DNA of 63,168 nt, the filler included, from Octopus bimaculoides (lineage: Eukaryota), in NCBI RefSeq assembly GCF_001194135.2. It is 7 parts of 6 records of this genome, joined end to end, with 100 filler letters (N's around TTAATTAATTAA, not from the genome) between each part and the next. Parts side by side here need not be neighbours in the genome. Positions count along the whole stretch, not along the records: positions 18,312 to 38,693 come from NC_068987.1; 6 more parts are not named here. One strand, given 5' to 3'. Below the pieces are notes generated by a model. It saw only the letters and a list, made by a program, of their open reading frames with translations, was not told the origin of the DNA and made no database searches. The translations under genes were made by a program, and so were the position numbers. This document shows, piece after piece, positions 22,657-37,995 of this stretch. Each line of letters starts with the position of its first letter. Position 1 is the first letter of the stretch.

Positions 22657-22796
22657 ATAGTTATGGCCAAGCTAACATAGCAGTCCAGGAAAATAGGACG
22701 AATACTGCTGTTGATTAGGTCCAAGAGGCCATGGCCCCTTGGAACTAATCAACGGCAGCATTGACTGGACTGCCATGTTAGCTTGGTGATAACTAT
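22657..22796. repeat. 140-bp imperfect hairpin (MITE-like)
   Basis: tagttatggccaagctaacatagcagtcca/tggactgccatgttagcttggtgataacta and ctgctgttgattaggtccaag/cttggaactaatcaacggcag. Confidence 0.8.
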
Positions 22797-25379
22797 AAAT
22801 ATCCACCACTGCTGCCGTAGTCTCCTATAGAGAGATTTTAAAATATTTTATACATACATGTAGTCCATTCTTAGCTACATTAGTGACAATATGAATTTTT
22901 TCCATCTTTTTGCTGTGTTAAAGTATTTGAGAAGACTTATATTAATGTGTCTTAGTGGCTAAAATTCTATTTCTTTATTTGTACATCTGAAGATGACACT
23001 GCATTTCAATTGATGTAATGATTGTATTGTTCAGTTAAATGGAGTCGCTTGAGACTGTCGTACTGCATCACTACTTGATATCCTGTTGCTTATTTGGATA
23101 CAGAGACACATATAAATGCTTGTGTGTGTGCGTTTGCGTTGTCTTTCATTTCGTCAAAGTTTCTTAATCAGGTCTATTTGTGCAGATGTTCAACTTCTAC
23201 ACTGAAAATGACAGTATCAGCTGTCCTCAATTTAGAAGTCTCTCTCAATGTATGGTACTTTGTTCGATTATCAGGATTATATTTTCTCAAAGGAAATCAT
23301 GAGCTTTTAATCAGCGCCACCACAGTAGTGAAATATAAGTAGTGAATTAGCAATAATATCACTTGAAGTGCAGACAATATATCGCAATTACAAGCAACTG
23401 AAAGAATATAGCAACAGTTCCTAGCCTAATTACATACCAATGACAATATTTCTCAGAAAGACACTGTTGTTATATGACATTCGCTAGATAAAAGTGATAG
23501 CATTAAAGCTTTCCTCTTATTGAGATCATTTTCCAAAAATGATATCCAAATGTTCACAACATCAAATGTACAATTGTGTGATAGCAACGTACAGTTTAAT
23601 ATATGTATTTATATTATGCATTCCCGAAAGAGCAAAATGCATGATTATTACTGTCTCATTTGAAATATCGCCGGATAAAAGAAATAAGCGATCCTAAATT
23701 GGGATGAATTACAGTTCACTTGAGAGCGTGCAGTAGGATGTATATAAATGTATAAATGCTCGAATGTATTTCCTGATGAAGAAGCATGTTTCAATGAAAT
23801 GAATTAAACATAAAATGCAGAACCTGAAAGTTAACAGTGATTCTGCTTGACATGCGTTGCGTTATAACAGGCCTTGAAGCTCTTTTGTTTGATATCCAAA
23901 TATTCAGTTCACTGCCATATAATTATGCAGGCTGGACACCTGAGCGAAATAGATCGAATTTTCTAAATGTGTGGTCTTGTGATTCACAATATAGTATTAG
24001 ATATTTAACAGGGCTAGAATTGTCTCATCAGCGAAACTAAACAGGTTTACATGCACAGGTATTTTGATGCTATTTGTCACTGATGTTCGACATCAATTAT
24101 GTTATAAACATTGCATTATGTTCGGACCTTCTGTTAATTAGCGAGTAATATATTGCCAGCAGTATGCTTAACGTTTTCCAAACTTATTGGATTACATTAT
24201 ATTGATGAACGCGTTTGCTATTAGGAATGGCAGTGGGCTGGTAGATTCGTCAGGCAACTGGACATAAATACCCAGCCGTTATTATTCCGAATGTGTGTGT
24301 TTTGAATGTAGATCATGCAGAGATCTATTTTGCTTTATATCCCTCTCTGCATATAACATGGAGATGTACTTCAGATTGGTGTATACATAGAATTATTATA
24401 ATGAAAACAAAAGGTACAATCGGTTTTGCAATAACTTTGGTTTCAATGTCTATCGACCGTTGCCTTCCTCTTCCTCCACTCTCACTCTCATCCTTTTCTC
24501 TCTCTCCCTCTTACTTCAACTTTAATACCATGATGATGGATGTTCAACCGCATGTTTTCCATAACACTTTGCTCAGAATTCCACATTAGAAATATAAAAT
24601 TCCTAACAGGTAATATATGGTAAACCCTGTACAACAGATACTATAGAATAATGAATTTATTATTGCTTTAGAGAATTTGAAATATATTTCAAATTAAATT
24701 CTTATTTGATGATGATTCTCCGTCGATATCATGAGTAGGAGATAGCTGGATATTTTTAGGATATTCAACCTCAAAGACATTCTTTCAAGTCAGATATGAA
24801 AGATGCAGAACAATTTAATGCAGTATAATTATCCAAGTAGTCTTCTAATTCATACTGATATAAAAAGAAACGTATATCATATTATAGTTTTTTTCCCCGG
24901 GAATCTAGGTTTCCATCACTTCCTTATAGAATGACCAAAAGTCTCATGACTCCACAAAAACCACGCAACTGACAAAAAAAGTTGATCACTACAAAGGAAA
25001 CAGTTCCACACACTGGGGAAAAGTTACTGAGTACAAGTAAATTCTGTGAGTTTTTAATTGATAAAGAAATTTTTTTAAAAATCATTCTTCGTTCTGTTTT
25101 GAAAACTGTTTATGAAGATGTGTTTAGAAAAATTAGAACATTATGACGAAATCGGATATTGTTTTGTTGCTGAAATTAGTGTTTGGAAGGATATGGGGAA
25201 AACACTGGATCTCAGATGCTTGAAATCAACATCGAGTAATGGTTAGGGCTGCTATGTTTAAGACAACTGTAAAATCAATCACCGTCACTGTATCGATCTA
25301 CTAAAATATATAGGAGCACTCTAAACTTCTTTAATGTGAAATACATATTGGAATGCAGGCGTTGTGTTACAGCAAGATT

Positions 25380-25620
25380 TGTGTGTGTACACAGTAGTAG
25401 AATAATGAATGCCTTTTTCATTAGTTAACTCGTTACCCTAATTCCTTGGCCAGAAAACGAGCCAGATTTAAACACCATAGAGAATCAAGACATAACAGTT
25501 AAGTAGCTAATCAAATATTTGGACCAGTAAGAGGAAATGAAGTCTGCTACGGAGAGCAACAAGGATTCTATTAGACCTCAGCTGGGCGGCAGGCAGAATT
25601 ATCTGTTTCGCAAGCAGGTG
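25380..25620 (+). mobile_element. Highly decayed Tc1-like transposase remnant
   Basis: WPENEPDLNTIEN resembles the Tc1 WPxxSPDLNPIEN motif; little else is recognisable. Confidence 0.4.
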
Positions 25621-26019
25621 TATATGTAATCCCAGAAGCCAAAATAACTCTGAGCATTAAGTGACATTCCATACACACTTACCAAATTTTTACTAACTAG
25701 TCCGCTTACGTTTACAATGTTGAGATATTAGCGTATAATATTTGAAGATGTATGAATGTTAATGAAATCATAGATTTTGACTAATAGTAACAAAATTGAA
25801 AGTTAGAAAAGCAATTGAAATGATGACTTTGTAATGTTATTGGTAAAGGTACACACGTTTTGCATAGCATTGTTATTTTTGAAGAAGCACAGATATTTTC
25901 GAATGGAAAATAAGAAATGTTTTAAAAACAAAGCGGTTTATTCAATCAGTGATATAATTACACTTTCCTTCTAGCATCTTCTGCTATTTTGAGTACAGGG
26001 GTCTGGGGTTGTTATGATG

Positions 26020-26700
26020 AAAGATATTGAACTTATAGTTTGCAAATATTGGTCACTTCTACTGGATCACTGCATTTAATTTGTCCAGCTGGTCGAAGTA
26101 CATATCCGAACTCATGCATTTGTTCGTAGAAAGAAGCTCGTAAATGGCAACGCTTTTCCAATTCGACCACATTGATAGCGTAACCTTTGTGGAGTAAAGT
26201 ACTGCTGTGGATGCCTTTTTTTTTGGTTCGCTGCGCTTCCCTTCTGATCGTCATCGCTTCACATTCTTAGAGATAATACATGTCTTTACTCTCTCACCAT
26301 TCTCATAATAATAGCGTTTTCTTCAAGTTTCTTCAATTGGTCGGTCATGGATAACCATTGGGCGAGGTTAGCCTTTTTCATTTACTGTGGCACACAGTAT
26401 CGAACCTACTGAGATAACCAAGTGGATGCAAATGTTTGTTAACCATCGATTTTGGTATCTGGAGGAATGACTACAAAAATCCTAGTCGTATAATGGATCG
26501 CTCTAATTTGGCAGGCCAGAAAGTGGTGCATCTTAAACAAATTGCCTAACCTAAATCTTGGAAATTACTTTTGGTACACACGTTCGTTAACAGTATACTT
26601 AATGTATACATCGTATATCTTCCGAAAGGTCTCTGTTGATTCGTTGCCTTTCTTAAAATAGAAATGCATTAGGTGGCAATGACGATTACTTTGGTCGTCC
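26020..26700 (-). mobile_element. Decayed mariner transposase fragment (second family)
   Basis: KHLHPLGYLSRFDT, KVTLSMWSNWKSVAIYELLSTNKCMSSDMYFDQLDKLNAVIQ*K*P. Confidence 0.75.
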
Positions 26701-26799
26701 ATTTTCAAGATCATCCCAAGCACATAAATTATAACATATCACGTCGTGAGTTCGCATCGAAATATGAAGAAGTACTGAAACGTTCTTAGTTTGCAGTAA

Positions 26800-26995
26800 A
26801 AGAAAAATACAGGAGGACCAGCTGATTATGATTTTATTCAACATATTTCCCTCTCAGACTCACACACTTATTGGCGCGAAACCGATTGGTAAGATCAATG
26901 CTGATAGACATATAATACTATATACATTTCGGATAATATTAACAGACATACGATTGCATCTTTGCCCTGACTTATGGACTTTTCGACGATTTACG

Positions 26996-27027
<32 letters not shown>

Positions 27028-29525
27028 ACCCGTGATGTCATCTCCAGTTGTCACCATAGGCAGAATATTATCCTTATGGCTGACTTCAACTATCAATAGA
27101 CTATGTTATCATTAACAAATTAGATATTATAAAGCTGCGTTCCATCTGAAACATACAAGACTACAAAAATCATCAGTGCCTAAGCATATTAATGTTCTGC
27201 CTTTGAACACTATTAAAAAGCAGGCTGAGCTTTCTATCAAGTTGGACACTGCCGTCAACTCTGTTTGATGTCAATGATGACATAGAATCATCTTGGAAGG
27301 CCCTGATTAATGGAATGCACTCTGCATCTGTAGAGGTTCTTGGACTTCCTGCTCGTAAGCATCAAGATTAGTTCGGCGAGAACAACACAGAAGAGGGAAT
27401 GCCTACAAGAATTGCAGAGGTCAGGTCCAACATGCTCTGAGACAGATGAATGATGTTTGGTGGTCGTTCGAAGCTACTGAACTCCAAGAAGCTGCAAACA
27501 GAAAGGATTCTAAAGCCTTTCATGTTTGCCTCAATAAAGTGAATGTTCCTCAAGAACAATGTGGTCATCGAATGGAGATGGAGAGACATTATTGACTGAC
27601 AAATGTGACATCCAGAAACGATTGAAGACCACTTTGAAACCGCATTGAACTCCATTTCAGTTACTAATAACGACGTCATAATGTCTGTTTCACTGCACAC
27701 GAAAACACCAGAACTCTCTCAGGAGCTAACCTTCCTTGAAGTGGTGCGCTCTATTAAACACATCTCCTCTGTTAAATCACCTGGCAAAGATGTTATCGCT
27801 ACTGAAATCTACATGTTTGACAGAAGTTTTTAAAGAAGCTGCATATCTTCTTCATAAACATTTGGAAGGTACACCATGTACCACAGCACTTCAAGGATGC
27901 CTCAGGTCAACATCTGTATAAGAACAAAGGAAACAGAAGTGTCTGTGATGATCATCGTGGAATATCGCTTGTGTCTATTACTGTAAGATTCTCGCTCGAC
28001 TCATTCTTGACAAGATCATCAAATACGTTGTAAATTATATCTATCCAGAATCACACTGCAGATTTCGCCCTGTCTATGGCACTATGGACATGATATTTTC
28101 CCTCCTACAGGTCATGGAGAAGGTATGTGATAAGAGACAAGAGTTGTACTTGGTATTAGTTAAATTACTAAGATCTTTGACGTTGTTAACCGGCAAGCAA
28201 TGAGGGAAGTTCTGAAAAAGTTTCCTATACCTGACACGATGTTGAATGTTATCATCTCCCTTCAAAAGGGAATGAAGGCTGCTGTTGTGTCTGGTGAGGA
28301 ATCTTCAGCTTCTTCCGACGTTACAAACGAAACAAATGAAGGTTGTATTATAGGCCCTATTTTGTTTCCATTCTTCTTTTCAGTGATGCAGAGGTATGGT
28401 TTTGGCGACATACAAGTAGTGTCAAATTTCAGTTTCGAACAAGTGGTGGACTATTCAACCATCAGCATTTCAAAGTCAGAACACTGCTACATACTAGTGT
28501 CATTCGTGATCTACCTTTTGCAGATGATTCCGCACTCGTAGCAACCTCTTTAAAGGAAGCTCAAGAAGTTCTAGACAGGTGTTGTGCTGCATGTAAAGCC
28601 TTTGCTTTAACCATCAGTATAAAGAAGACGGAAGTAATCCACCAACAAATTCCTGACCTTGTTCTTAATATTAACAAATTCGAGCTGTCAAGCAGAGGCC
28701 ACTCCTATACATTTTGAAGGGAAAAATCTAAATTAATTGAAGTCATTTACATATCTTGGTAGTAAATTGAATTTGAGTGATTACCTTGATGATGAAATCG
28801 TCAACCGTCTTGGAAAGGCAACCAACGCATTTGGTAAACTCCGTCATCGCCAATGAATGAAAGGGGCATGAAACTTGACACCAAAGTACAGGTTTATAAA
28901 GCAGGCATACTTACTACTCCCTTGTACAGCTCAGAATCGTGAATACCCTATAGATGACATATTTACCAAAGAGACATCTTCTACAAAGACTATCTGAGGA
29001 CAATCTACAGTTATTCACTAAAAGACAAAGTTGTTAATGCCGACTTGTTTGGAAAGTGCATGATTGGTGGAATTGAAAGCTGCCTTATACAATCATAATT
29101 GCGCTGGGCTGGCTATGTCGTCAGAATGAGTGAGTAAAGAATACCCAAAATCCTCATGTACAGCAAGCTTGAGGGTAGGCACAGAAATGTTGGTCGACTA
29201 TGTCTCAGATATAAGTAGGGATGAAGATAGCTCACAACACCTTTGACCGAACACACTTGAAACAAACAAAATGGAGATCGTTGTGTCAACACGGTATTAA
29301 AAATGTTGATACAACCAACATTAAAATGCTTCGTGGTAAAAGGGATGGGAGAAAAGCGGCTGCAAATATACCACCTGCACTGACCTGTAATACTCATGCT
29401 TGCAACATCTGTGGCCTTCTGTGCAAATCGTTGCGGGACTTCAATGCCACACTCGGCATCAGCATTATAACTGACAAAGAAAGAGTACGTTGTCGGAGCC
29501 TCATACGTTGAAACCGACTGGAGAA
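26800..29525 (+). mobile_element. RTE-clade LINE, long decayed copy
   Basis: ELQEAANRKDSKAF, DDHRGISL, RFRPVYGTMDMIFSLLQVMEK, DLPFADDSAL, FALTISIKKTEV, FTYLGS, LRWAGYVVRMSE*RIPKILMY, C-terminal CNICGLLCKS. Confidence 0.88.
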
Positions 29526-29531
29526 TCTAGC

Positions 29532-29581
<50 letters not shown>

Positions 29582-30104
29582 GTGTGCGCGTGTGTGTGCG
29601 TGTGTGTGTACGTATGTATATATATATATATATGTGTGTGTGCGTATATATATATACATTTATACATATATATATGTATGTATATATATACATGCATATA
29701 TATATAGATATAGATATACATACATGTACCNNNNNNNNNNNNNNNNNNNNNNNNNNNNNNNNNNNNNNNNNNNNNNNNNNNNNNNNNNNNNNNNNNNNNN
29801 NNNNNNNNNNNNNNNNNNNNNNNNNNNNNNNNNNNNNNNNNNNNNNNNNNNNNNNNNNNNNNNNNNNNNNNNNNNNNNNNNNNNNNNNNNNNNNNNNNNN
29901 NNNNNNNNNNNNNNNNNNNNNNNNNNNNNNNNNNNNNNNNNNNNNNNTATATATATATGAATACATGTGAGTACGTATTTATGTATGACTGGATGGAGAT
30001 ATTATATACATATAATGTGTGTGTACGTCTGTAGGCCTCAGTTTGTAAAACTGATACAAGCTTATGTATTAGTGAATGATAATCCAGCATACTCTATTGT
30101 TTAT

Positions 30105-30300
30105 TTCAGTAATTTCACTTCGGCCATGCTGGAGCACCGCTTTTAGTTGAAGAAATCGACCTCAGGACTCATTCATTGTAAGCCTAGTAATTAGTCTATC
30201 GGTCTCTTTTACCGAGTCGTTAACTTACAGGGACGTAAACACACCAACAGCGGTTGTCACGCGATTGTTGTGTGAGAAAAGATGACACACAAACATATAC
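30105..30300 (-). mobile_element. SINE family A, 3' half
   Basis: ggccatgctggagcaccgc...gtaagcctagt...ctatcggtctc...gacgtaaacacacc, homologous to 57800-57993 and 60697-60862. Confidence 0.8.
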
Positions 30301-33300
30301 ACACGCACATTCACATATATTTATTTAATATAACAAATGCAAAATTTAATTTTTGTGTGTCAGTCTGAGAGGTGAATATGTTGAATAAAATCATAATGAA
30401 CTGATCCTTCTCTGTTTTCTTTTACCCAAAGACAGGGACTTTTCAGCACCACTCGTAACTCGTGCAAGTGTAGAATTTAACGTCTGCGTCTTGCACAGAA
30501 TATATGACAAATGCCTAAGCGCATGGAGGATAATATCTCTTCGATATTATCAGAGAAAACGATTCTATGCGATACCATAATAATTGTAATCACAGCTGAA
30601 TATGTTATTTTCCACAGTAACAAACTTGAATGATTTAGACTGACATTATTCTATAAACTGATTTCGATGCATTTATCACAATGAGATATATTTTCTTTGA
30701 TTTGTATGTGTTTATACTAATACTATAGTTACTGGAGTCAATTACCTCACCTTCCATCAGAGTGAAAAAGTACGAGCGATTTAGAAAATAATGAAGTTTA
30801 TTTACTTTTTTAGTGTACATATCTTTAATGAAATAGTAGTTCTAGTTTTTGCGGTTTTGAAAATAAATTCTATTGATGTAATAGTTGACTAATTTGGGAT
30901 TTGATTTTTCTGTTACACTAAGTCAAGCGTATCAATTGCAATCATTAAGTGATATGATATTACGATTATAGCATTTAAGATAAGGCTTTTAAGAAAAGTA
31001 TATACACCATTTAACCAGGGTCTTTTTACTGTTATGAGCAGCAGTAAGAGTAGCAAGAGTACAATTTAATACTGAGCCATGCAATTAAAAGAACGGTAGT
31101 GAAAATTATGTTTCTAACGTTAGCTAGAATAAATTGCTACGACGCGAGAGACACTGTTGGTGGTACCAATAGCTGTACTTCAATGCTACATATTTTAAAG
31201 ACATTTTTATACATTATTTATAATAATGAGATTAGATATCATTTATTTGTTGAAGCATTAACCCGAAACTTTTCAGTTGTTTTCTCAATAGCTCTTAATA
31301 ACAACTTCTCACCCCGCCAAAATCAACCATTGAAGTGAAAATTTTAGCATAAATACTTTTTGATTAAATTTAAAAAATTCTAAAAACATGAGCATATATA
31401 GTTGGAGATATGCTTCAGCAGCTTTAAGCAAAATATTTTGATTTGTATTAACAGCAAGAGGGAAATAGTCCCTTAAGTAAATGTGACTTATCTGTTTGAT
31501 AAGTAACTGCCTATATTTGTCATATAGCAAAGAATTATGAAACGTAGGCGATGTATTTTTCTGTGTCTCTACTGTTTTATCATGCAGTTTATCGTTTACG
31601 TTGATGAAAGGATAAACAATATTTTATGCTCTTTTTTAATTACTACTATGACTTTGACAAGGTGTATCAATAAAGTGATTGTTTAATAAATAATTAATAA
31701 AGAAATATTTAATCTCAGAATAAATCGAAGTAGTTTAGTCAACAAAATCAATACAGTTTTGCAAGTTCTGATAAAAATATTACAATTACTTTTACAGCTT
31801 TTCTTTCATGTGATTATGTAAGGAGTTCTCATCATTATTGAAAACATTATTATGTAAAGATAACGAGATCATATGCGCATTAAACCAAAGATAGCCCTTT
31901 TTATGTCTGCATCATCTGAAGGTGATAACTATCCTATGAAAGATCCAGAATGTAACTCATTTAATACGAGTGAACATCAATATTGAATCTTGCTATAATT
32001 TAGTCGAAACTATCTAACATAAAGGAAGAGAGGTGATGCAAAGCCTAACCGGCACATTGTGAAAATGATTAATTACGAAAACAAATTACATGCAGCAAAG
32101 TTTATGTACACTTCCCAAACAGTTATTTCTCGCCTATCATCTTAGAGATGTGATTACAAGTTTGAGATAAAAAAAAAAAAATTGTGTGTTGGGTATGCTT
32201 AAGTCACAACATTCCAATAAGATGTGAATGAAAGTGTATATATATATATATGTGCGTGTGTGTGTGTGTATGTGTGTGTGTGTGCGTGTGTGTGTGCATA
32301 TAAATGCATATATGTATATATATATATACGTCACACACACACACACACACGTATATATATAAGAATATATGTATCTATGAATGTATATAGATACATACAT
32401 ATTTGTATATATGTAAACATATATTTGCAAATGTATGCACAGAAAGAGACACTTAAATATATTCATAGCGATGTATGTATATGCATATATACATACGCCC
32501 GTGCACACGTCGCACACAAATGTGTTTAGAAACCAAGTATTTATTGTAAATTATAGAAAACACTGACCTATCTTGATGCCTAACGGAATCGAACGCTTAA
32601 ATTCGTGTTTAAGAAATGAACTACTTAGCCATATATTAAAGCGTCCACACTCGTAAATATGTGTATGAAGTTTTCACTGTCCAGAGATTGTATGTGTTTA
32701 GTTTATTACATCTTACATTACATTGTACACTATTTTCCCCCATTAAACAATTGACAGTAACGATGTTAGAATGTAATTTAACACCGCACCTTAGCAATAG
32801 CTGTGCATTATATACCATAACCTCATTAATATGCAGCTGTATTCATTCAGTTTTCTATTTTCTTTTCTAGACTGAATCAAGCTAACGAATCCAATACTTT
32901 TGTCCATTTGGCACAATTTGCAGACAGATGAAGTAATGTTCTGTCTGGCTTTATGTCTTTTTTTTCTATCGCTTGCTATGATATGAAAATATAAACTTGT
33001 ATATCAAGATATCATTATTCCCTAAATAGTCTGATTATTAAGTATTCGATCATCGCTCCTTTATCGAGTTATCTATTATGGTTATTACTAATTCTGAATC
33101 AGTCAACAATAAAAATGTGCCGGCGAATGTAAAACTCTGATTATTTGTGAGGAAAGAATGTCGAACATTGCAATAACGAAAAAAAAAAAAAGAAATGGAA
33201 TGTATACCAACACAATATTTGGCGAATTCTCATAAAATCTCATATATGATCCAGTGTAAATATGACAGATATAGATAAAAAAACAAAAAAGAAAATGAAA

Positions 33301-33728
33301 TACGCTAACGAATAAATTGATATTAATAGACTTCTAAAAGTCTATATATAATACAACGTTTATGCTACATTTCTGTGTGAAATGATAGAGAATATTTTTC
33401 TTACCGTAATCAAAGGAAAATCAAATTATCTCGTCGATTAGCTGATGTACGTTTCTTTTTTACATACATTTGGTATCAACCAAAAGAATGAAAACAAATA
33501 CAGAACAAATACGACAATAAATAAGAAACAAATGACAGAGGCAGTGAATAAAAAAGGACTGAAAAAATGGCATTGGTCTTCTTAATGTTGTTTCTGCGAA
33601 AATGTAGAATGGGATATTATTAAAACCATATTAGAACACTTGATATTGTCAGCTGCAATTTACTCCGGAATGTATTGTCATATTTTTCAGTCTCGGGAGT
33701 GAGTTACGTATTCTTCTAACGGGTTTAC

Positions 33729-33778
<50 letters not shown>

Positions 33779-33810
33779 NNNNNNNNNNNNNNNNNNNNNN
33801 NNNNNNNNNN

Positions 33811-33846
<36 letters not shown>

Positions 33847-33869
33847 TAACTACAGTTGCTGTGATCAAC

Positions 33870-35130
33870 TTATCGAGATATTTGAAGACATCACCCGGCC
33901 ACTGATGGCGGCTCATGAGTGTATGTTATTTACCTTGAATTTGCTAAAGCTTTTAATTCTGTGCCAGACTTATGGCAAACTCTGCAGTGAGTGTGAAAGA
34001 TGATCTTTTTAACTAGTTGAAATCTTTAATTTTCAGTCGAAAAAAAGGTAATCACGGTTTTAGGACAGCATTCTTCACTCTATGTGATGTCATCTGGTGT
34101 ACAGCAGGGATCCATTCTTGATCTGCTTTTCTTTGTTGCATACATTAATGACATATATACTAACTTAAAGAATATCACACTGCTGAAATATGCATATAAC
34201 ATTAAGCTATACCTTGAGATTAAAAAGACAACTCCTGAACATTATAAATCTTTCCTGCAATCGGACCTAGATATATTGCAACAATGGATCACGGACTGGC
34301 AACTCAAGTTGGCTGTGGACAAATGTACCACCATGCATTTGGGGATGAAAAACCCAGCGTCCACATTCTCTCTTCACAATACTAATATCAACAGGTCTTC
34401 TTGTGAACGTGACCTGGGCATTACTGTTCGCAGCGATTTGCGCTGGAGTAAGCGCACCTCTAAAATTGTCAAGAAGGCCGAGGGTGTCTTGGCATCACTC
34501 AGTATAAATTTTGTCAGCCGCTCTCCAGTGATCTACTTAAGGTTGTATATAGGTTATGATGCAGCCACACTTGGAATTTGCAACACCGATCTGGAACCCT
34601 TATTTTTCTCAAGACATTGACCTCCTGGAAACTGTTGAGAGATTTGCAACCAAGCGAATGTCCTCTATCGGGTATCTACCATACTCTGAACATCTTGCTT
34701 CCCTGGGCATAGATACATTAAAGCTCCGACTTCTGACATCTGACATGGTAAACGCCAACAAAATTATTAACCATGGTGCCAAAAACCAGCTTCAACAACT
34801 TTTTGAGCTCTATGTAACTAACACACGTGGGTATACCTACAAAGTCAGAAACCAGCACAGTTCCCATGACATTCGGAAACATCTTTTCACACTCAGAGTT
34901 GATGAAGCATTGAACAAACCACCTGCATCAGTTGTTAGTTGCAGAGACATTGCATCCTTTAAAACCTCCATGCTCCCTGAAATTCGCCAACGCTACACCT
35001 GATGTCACCACTCCATAGACATGTATTCGATGACTCATAGACTGTTAAGTTTCTTGAATTTTATACATAATTCTATGTACAGCACATGCACTTTTGATGA
35101 GTTGTATTGCACCTGAGCACTATACGCATT
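33870..35130 (+). mobile_element. CR1-type LINE, 5'-truncated RT pseudogene with 3'UTR
   Basis: SGVQQGSILDLLFFVAYIND, WITDWQLKLAVDKC, ERDLGITVRSDLRWS, PHLEFATPIWNPY, RKHLFTLRV. Confidence 0.9.
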
Positions 35131-35335
35131 AATTTCATTATATTATGTGTGGNNNNNNNNNNNNNNNNNNNNNNNNNNNNNNNNNNNNNNNNNNNNNNNN
35201 NNNNNNNNNNNNNNNNNNNNNNNNNNNNNNNNNNNNNNNNNNNNNNNNNNNNNNNNNNNNNNNNNNNNNNNNNNNNNNNNNNATATATATATATATATAT
35301 ATATATACACATGTATACATATATAATATATATAG

Positions 35336-35377
<42 letters not shown>

Positions 35378-37995
35378 ATAGTGTAAGTGCACGTTTGTAT
35401 TTATTTTTATACGTAATATGTGTATTTGTATGTATGTCTATATAATGAAAAGTCTTCCTTTGTTTAGTGGATGAATATTTTCCCCGAAAAATATTTATAG
35501 AAAACTTAAAATTTTCTTTTAGCTGTACATCTAGTATACAGAAAATAATAGTAGATTGCATGATATCAAAGACAGTTGCTCATACTGATGCAACAACCCG
35601 TACCCACTTAATAGCCAATGTCACCTACTATGTCTGTCTTATCTAATGTGGCTTTGATGTCAATGGAACCCATTGGCAGACAAGCTTGCAGAAATATACG
35701 GGCGTTACAGAAGTTCTATTTAGCAGAAGTTTAAACAACAATAATACTTCTGTAACATCCAGAAAATGCAGAATATCACAGACCTAGGTGGGCATACAGG
35801 ACCCTTGAAAGAATGCTCCATGTATTATATCATGTGGACAATGCTGGAGGAGTGCGAATTTTTCTGTTCATGAAAACAAGAAAAGAAATATGCGATTTGA
35901 TACCTCAGGACAGCATCATGATTAAAGACTCCATAGCTTTTATCATCAGTACTTCTCACTGGCCATGTGTGAATGTCCAGCGTAAATATTAACACGTTCA
36001 AAAATCATGCAAACACTCAAATACTCATCGACGTAATATTAAGATTGGATTCTTATCCCATCGTTGAAGATATATCAATCCTACTCCTGTACACAGAGTA
36101 ATCACTCATCGCCTACCCTTAAGCTGTAACTTCAGCTGCACCTCACACCCTGAAGGGACCACTGTTTCTTTTACAGATGGCATGTCTCTTGACCAATTCC
36201 TTTCTGATCTTCTCCCATAATATTTTTGTTCCATTTTCTTTTACGAACCTCACGCATACCGTATATAACATCCCTGACTTAAGTTTCATATCAGCCCTTT
36301 TAACGAACACCCTCTTAGGTATTCCCCTAACTCGTACGCGAAAGAGATTGTCAGGTTTGGCAAGAATGGATCTACAATACTGTATAGTATAAATCTTAAT
36401 ATGCCCATTCTGTTGACAAATATAGTAATGATCTACTGCTTCTTCAACGACTATACATGTATCATATGTTTATGTGTATATATATATATANNNNNNNNNN
36501 NNNNNNNNNNNNNNNNNNNNNNNNNNNNNNNNNNNNNNNNNNNNNNNNNNNNNNNNNNNNNNNNNNNNNNNNNNNNNNNNNNNNNNNNNNNNNNNNNNNN
36601 NNNNNNNNNNNNNNNNNNNNNNNNNNNNNNNNNNNNNNNNNNNNNNNNNNNNNNNNNNNNNNNNNNNNNNNNNNNNNNNNNNNNNNNNNNNNNNNNNNNN
36701 NNNNNNNNNNNNNNNNNNNNNNNNNNNNNNNNNNNNNNNNNNNNNNNNNNNNNNNNNNNNNNNNNNNNNNNNNNNNNNNNNNNNNNNNNNNNNNNNNNNN
36801 NNNNNNNNNNNNNNNNNNNNNNNNNNNNNNNNNNNNNNNNNNNNNNNNNNNNNNNNNNNNNNNNNNNNNNNNNNNNNNNNNNNNNNNNNNNNNNNNNNNN
36901 NNNNNNNNNNNNNNNNNNNNNNNNNNNNNNNNNNNNNNNNNNNNNNNNNNNNNNNNNNNNNNNNNNNNNNNNNNNNNNNNNNNNNNNNNNNNNNNNNNNN
37001 NNNNNNNNNNNNNNNNNNNNNNNNNNNNNNNNNNNNNNNNNNNNNNNNNNNNNNNNNNNNNNNNNNNNNNNNNNNNNNNNNNNNNNNNNNNNNNNNNNNN
37101 NNNNNNNNNNNNNNNNNNNNNNNNNNNNNNNNNNNNNNNNNNNNNNNNNNNNNNNNNNNNNNNNNNNNNNNNNNNNNNNNNNNNNNNNNNNNNNNNNNNN
37201 NNNNNNNNNNNNNNNNNNNNNNNNNNNNNNNNNNNNNNNNNNNNNNNNNNNNNNNNNNNNNNNNNNNNNNNNNNNNNNNNNNNNNNNNNNNNNNNNNNNN
37301 NNNNNNNNNNNNNNNNNNNNNNNNNNNNNNNNNNNNNNNNNNNNNNNNNNNNNNNNNNNNNNNNNNNNNNNNNNNNNNNNNNNNNNNNNNNNNNNNNNNN
37401 ATATATATATAAATATATATTGATAGGAAGGACAACAAAAGAAAGAAAGAGACCTCGCTATTATGTAAATAGATGAATTTATCTGTAAAAATGTGGTACT
37501 TATTCGGTAGTCATGATAAAACTCCGAGTTTCGGATGTCGGGGTGGGGGCCCACGCCATCATCTCTTCAGTTATCTGGCCATTGAAAATTACTGTGAAAA
37601 ATGACCTTCAAACAATGGGAAATTACTGTGTGTTGACCGTCATTAAGACAAAAGAGCTATAGATCGCTAAGTACGGGAGAGAATGTAATTTGTTTATTTT
37701 CATTGGTTATTTCAACTAACGGCTTTTTACTAATTAATGATGATAGGTTTAAATATCATATAATCTAAAATCGAAGAAAACCTTAAATCAAATATCACAA
37801 ATTCAAAAGTAGCTGTAGTGAGAAGGAAAAACAACATGAATTAATAAATAGTATAAGTTAATCTAAACATACAAACGAGAATGCATTTCAAACATACACA
37901 TGTACACATATACAGGCAAAACATAAAATATAAATATGAATATATGTATACTAATGTATATATAAATATCTATAGTCATATATATATATATATAT

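Noticed and set aside
32871-32932. Strong acceptor (ttttctattttcttttctag) with a downstream GTAATG
   Set aside because: There are stops in all three frames within 62 bp and no receptor similarity.
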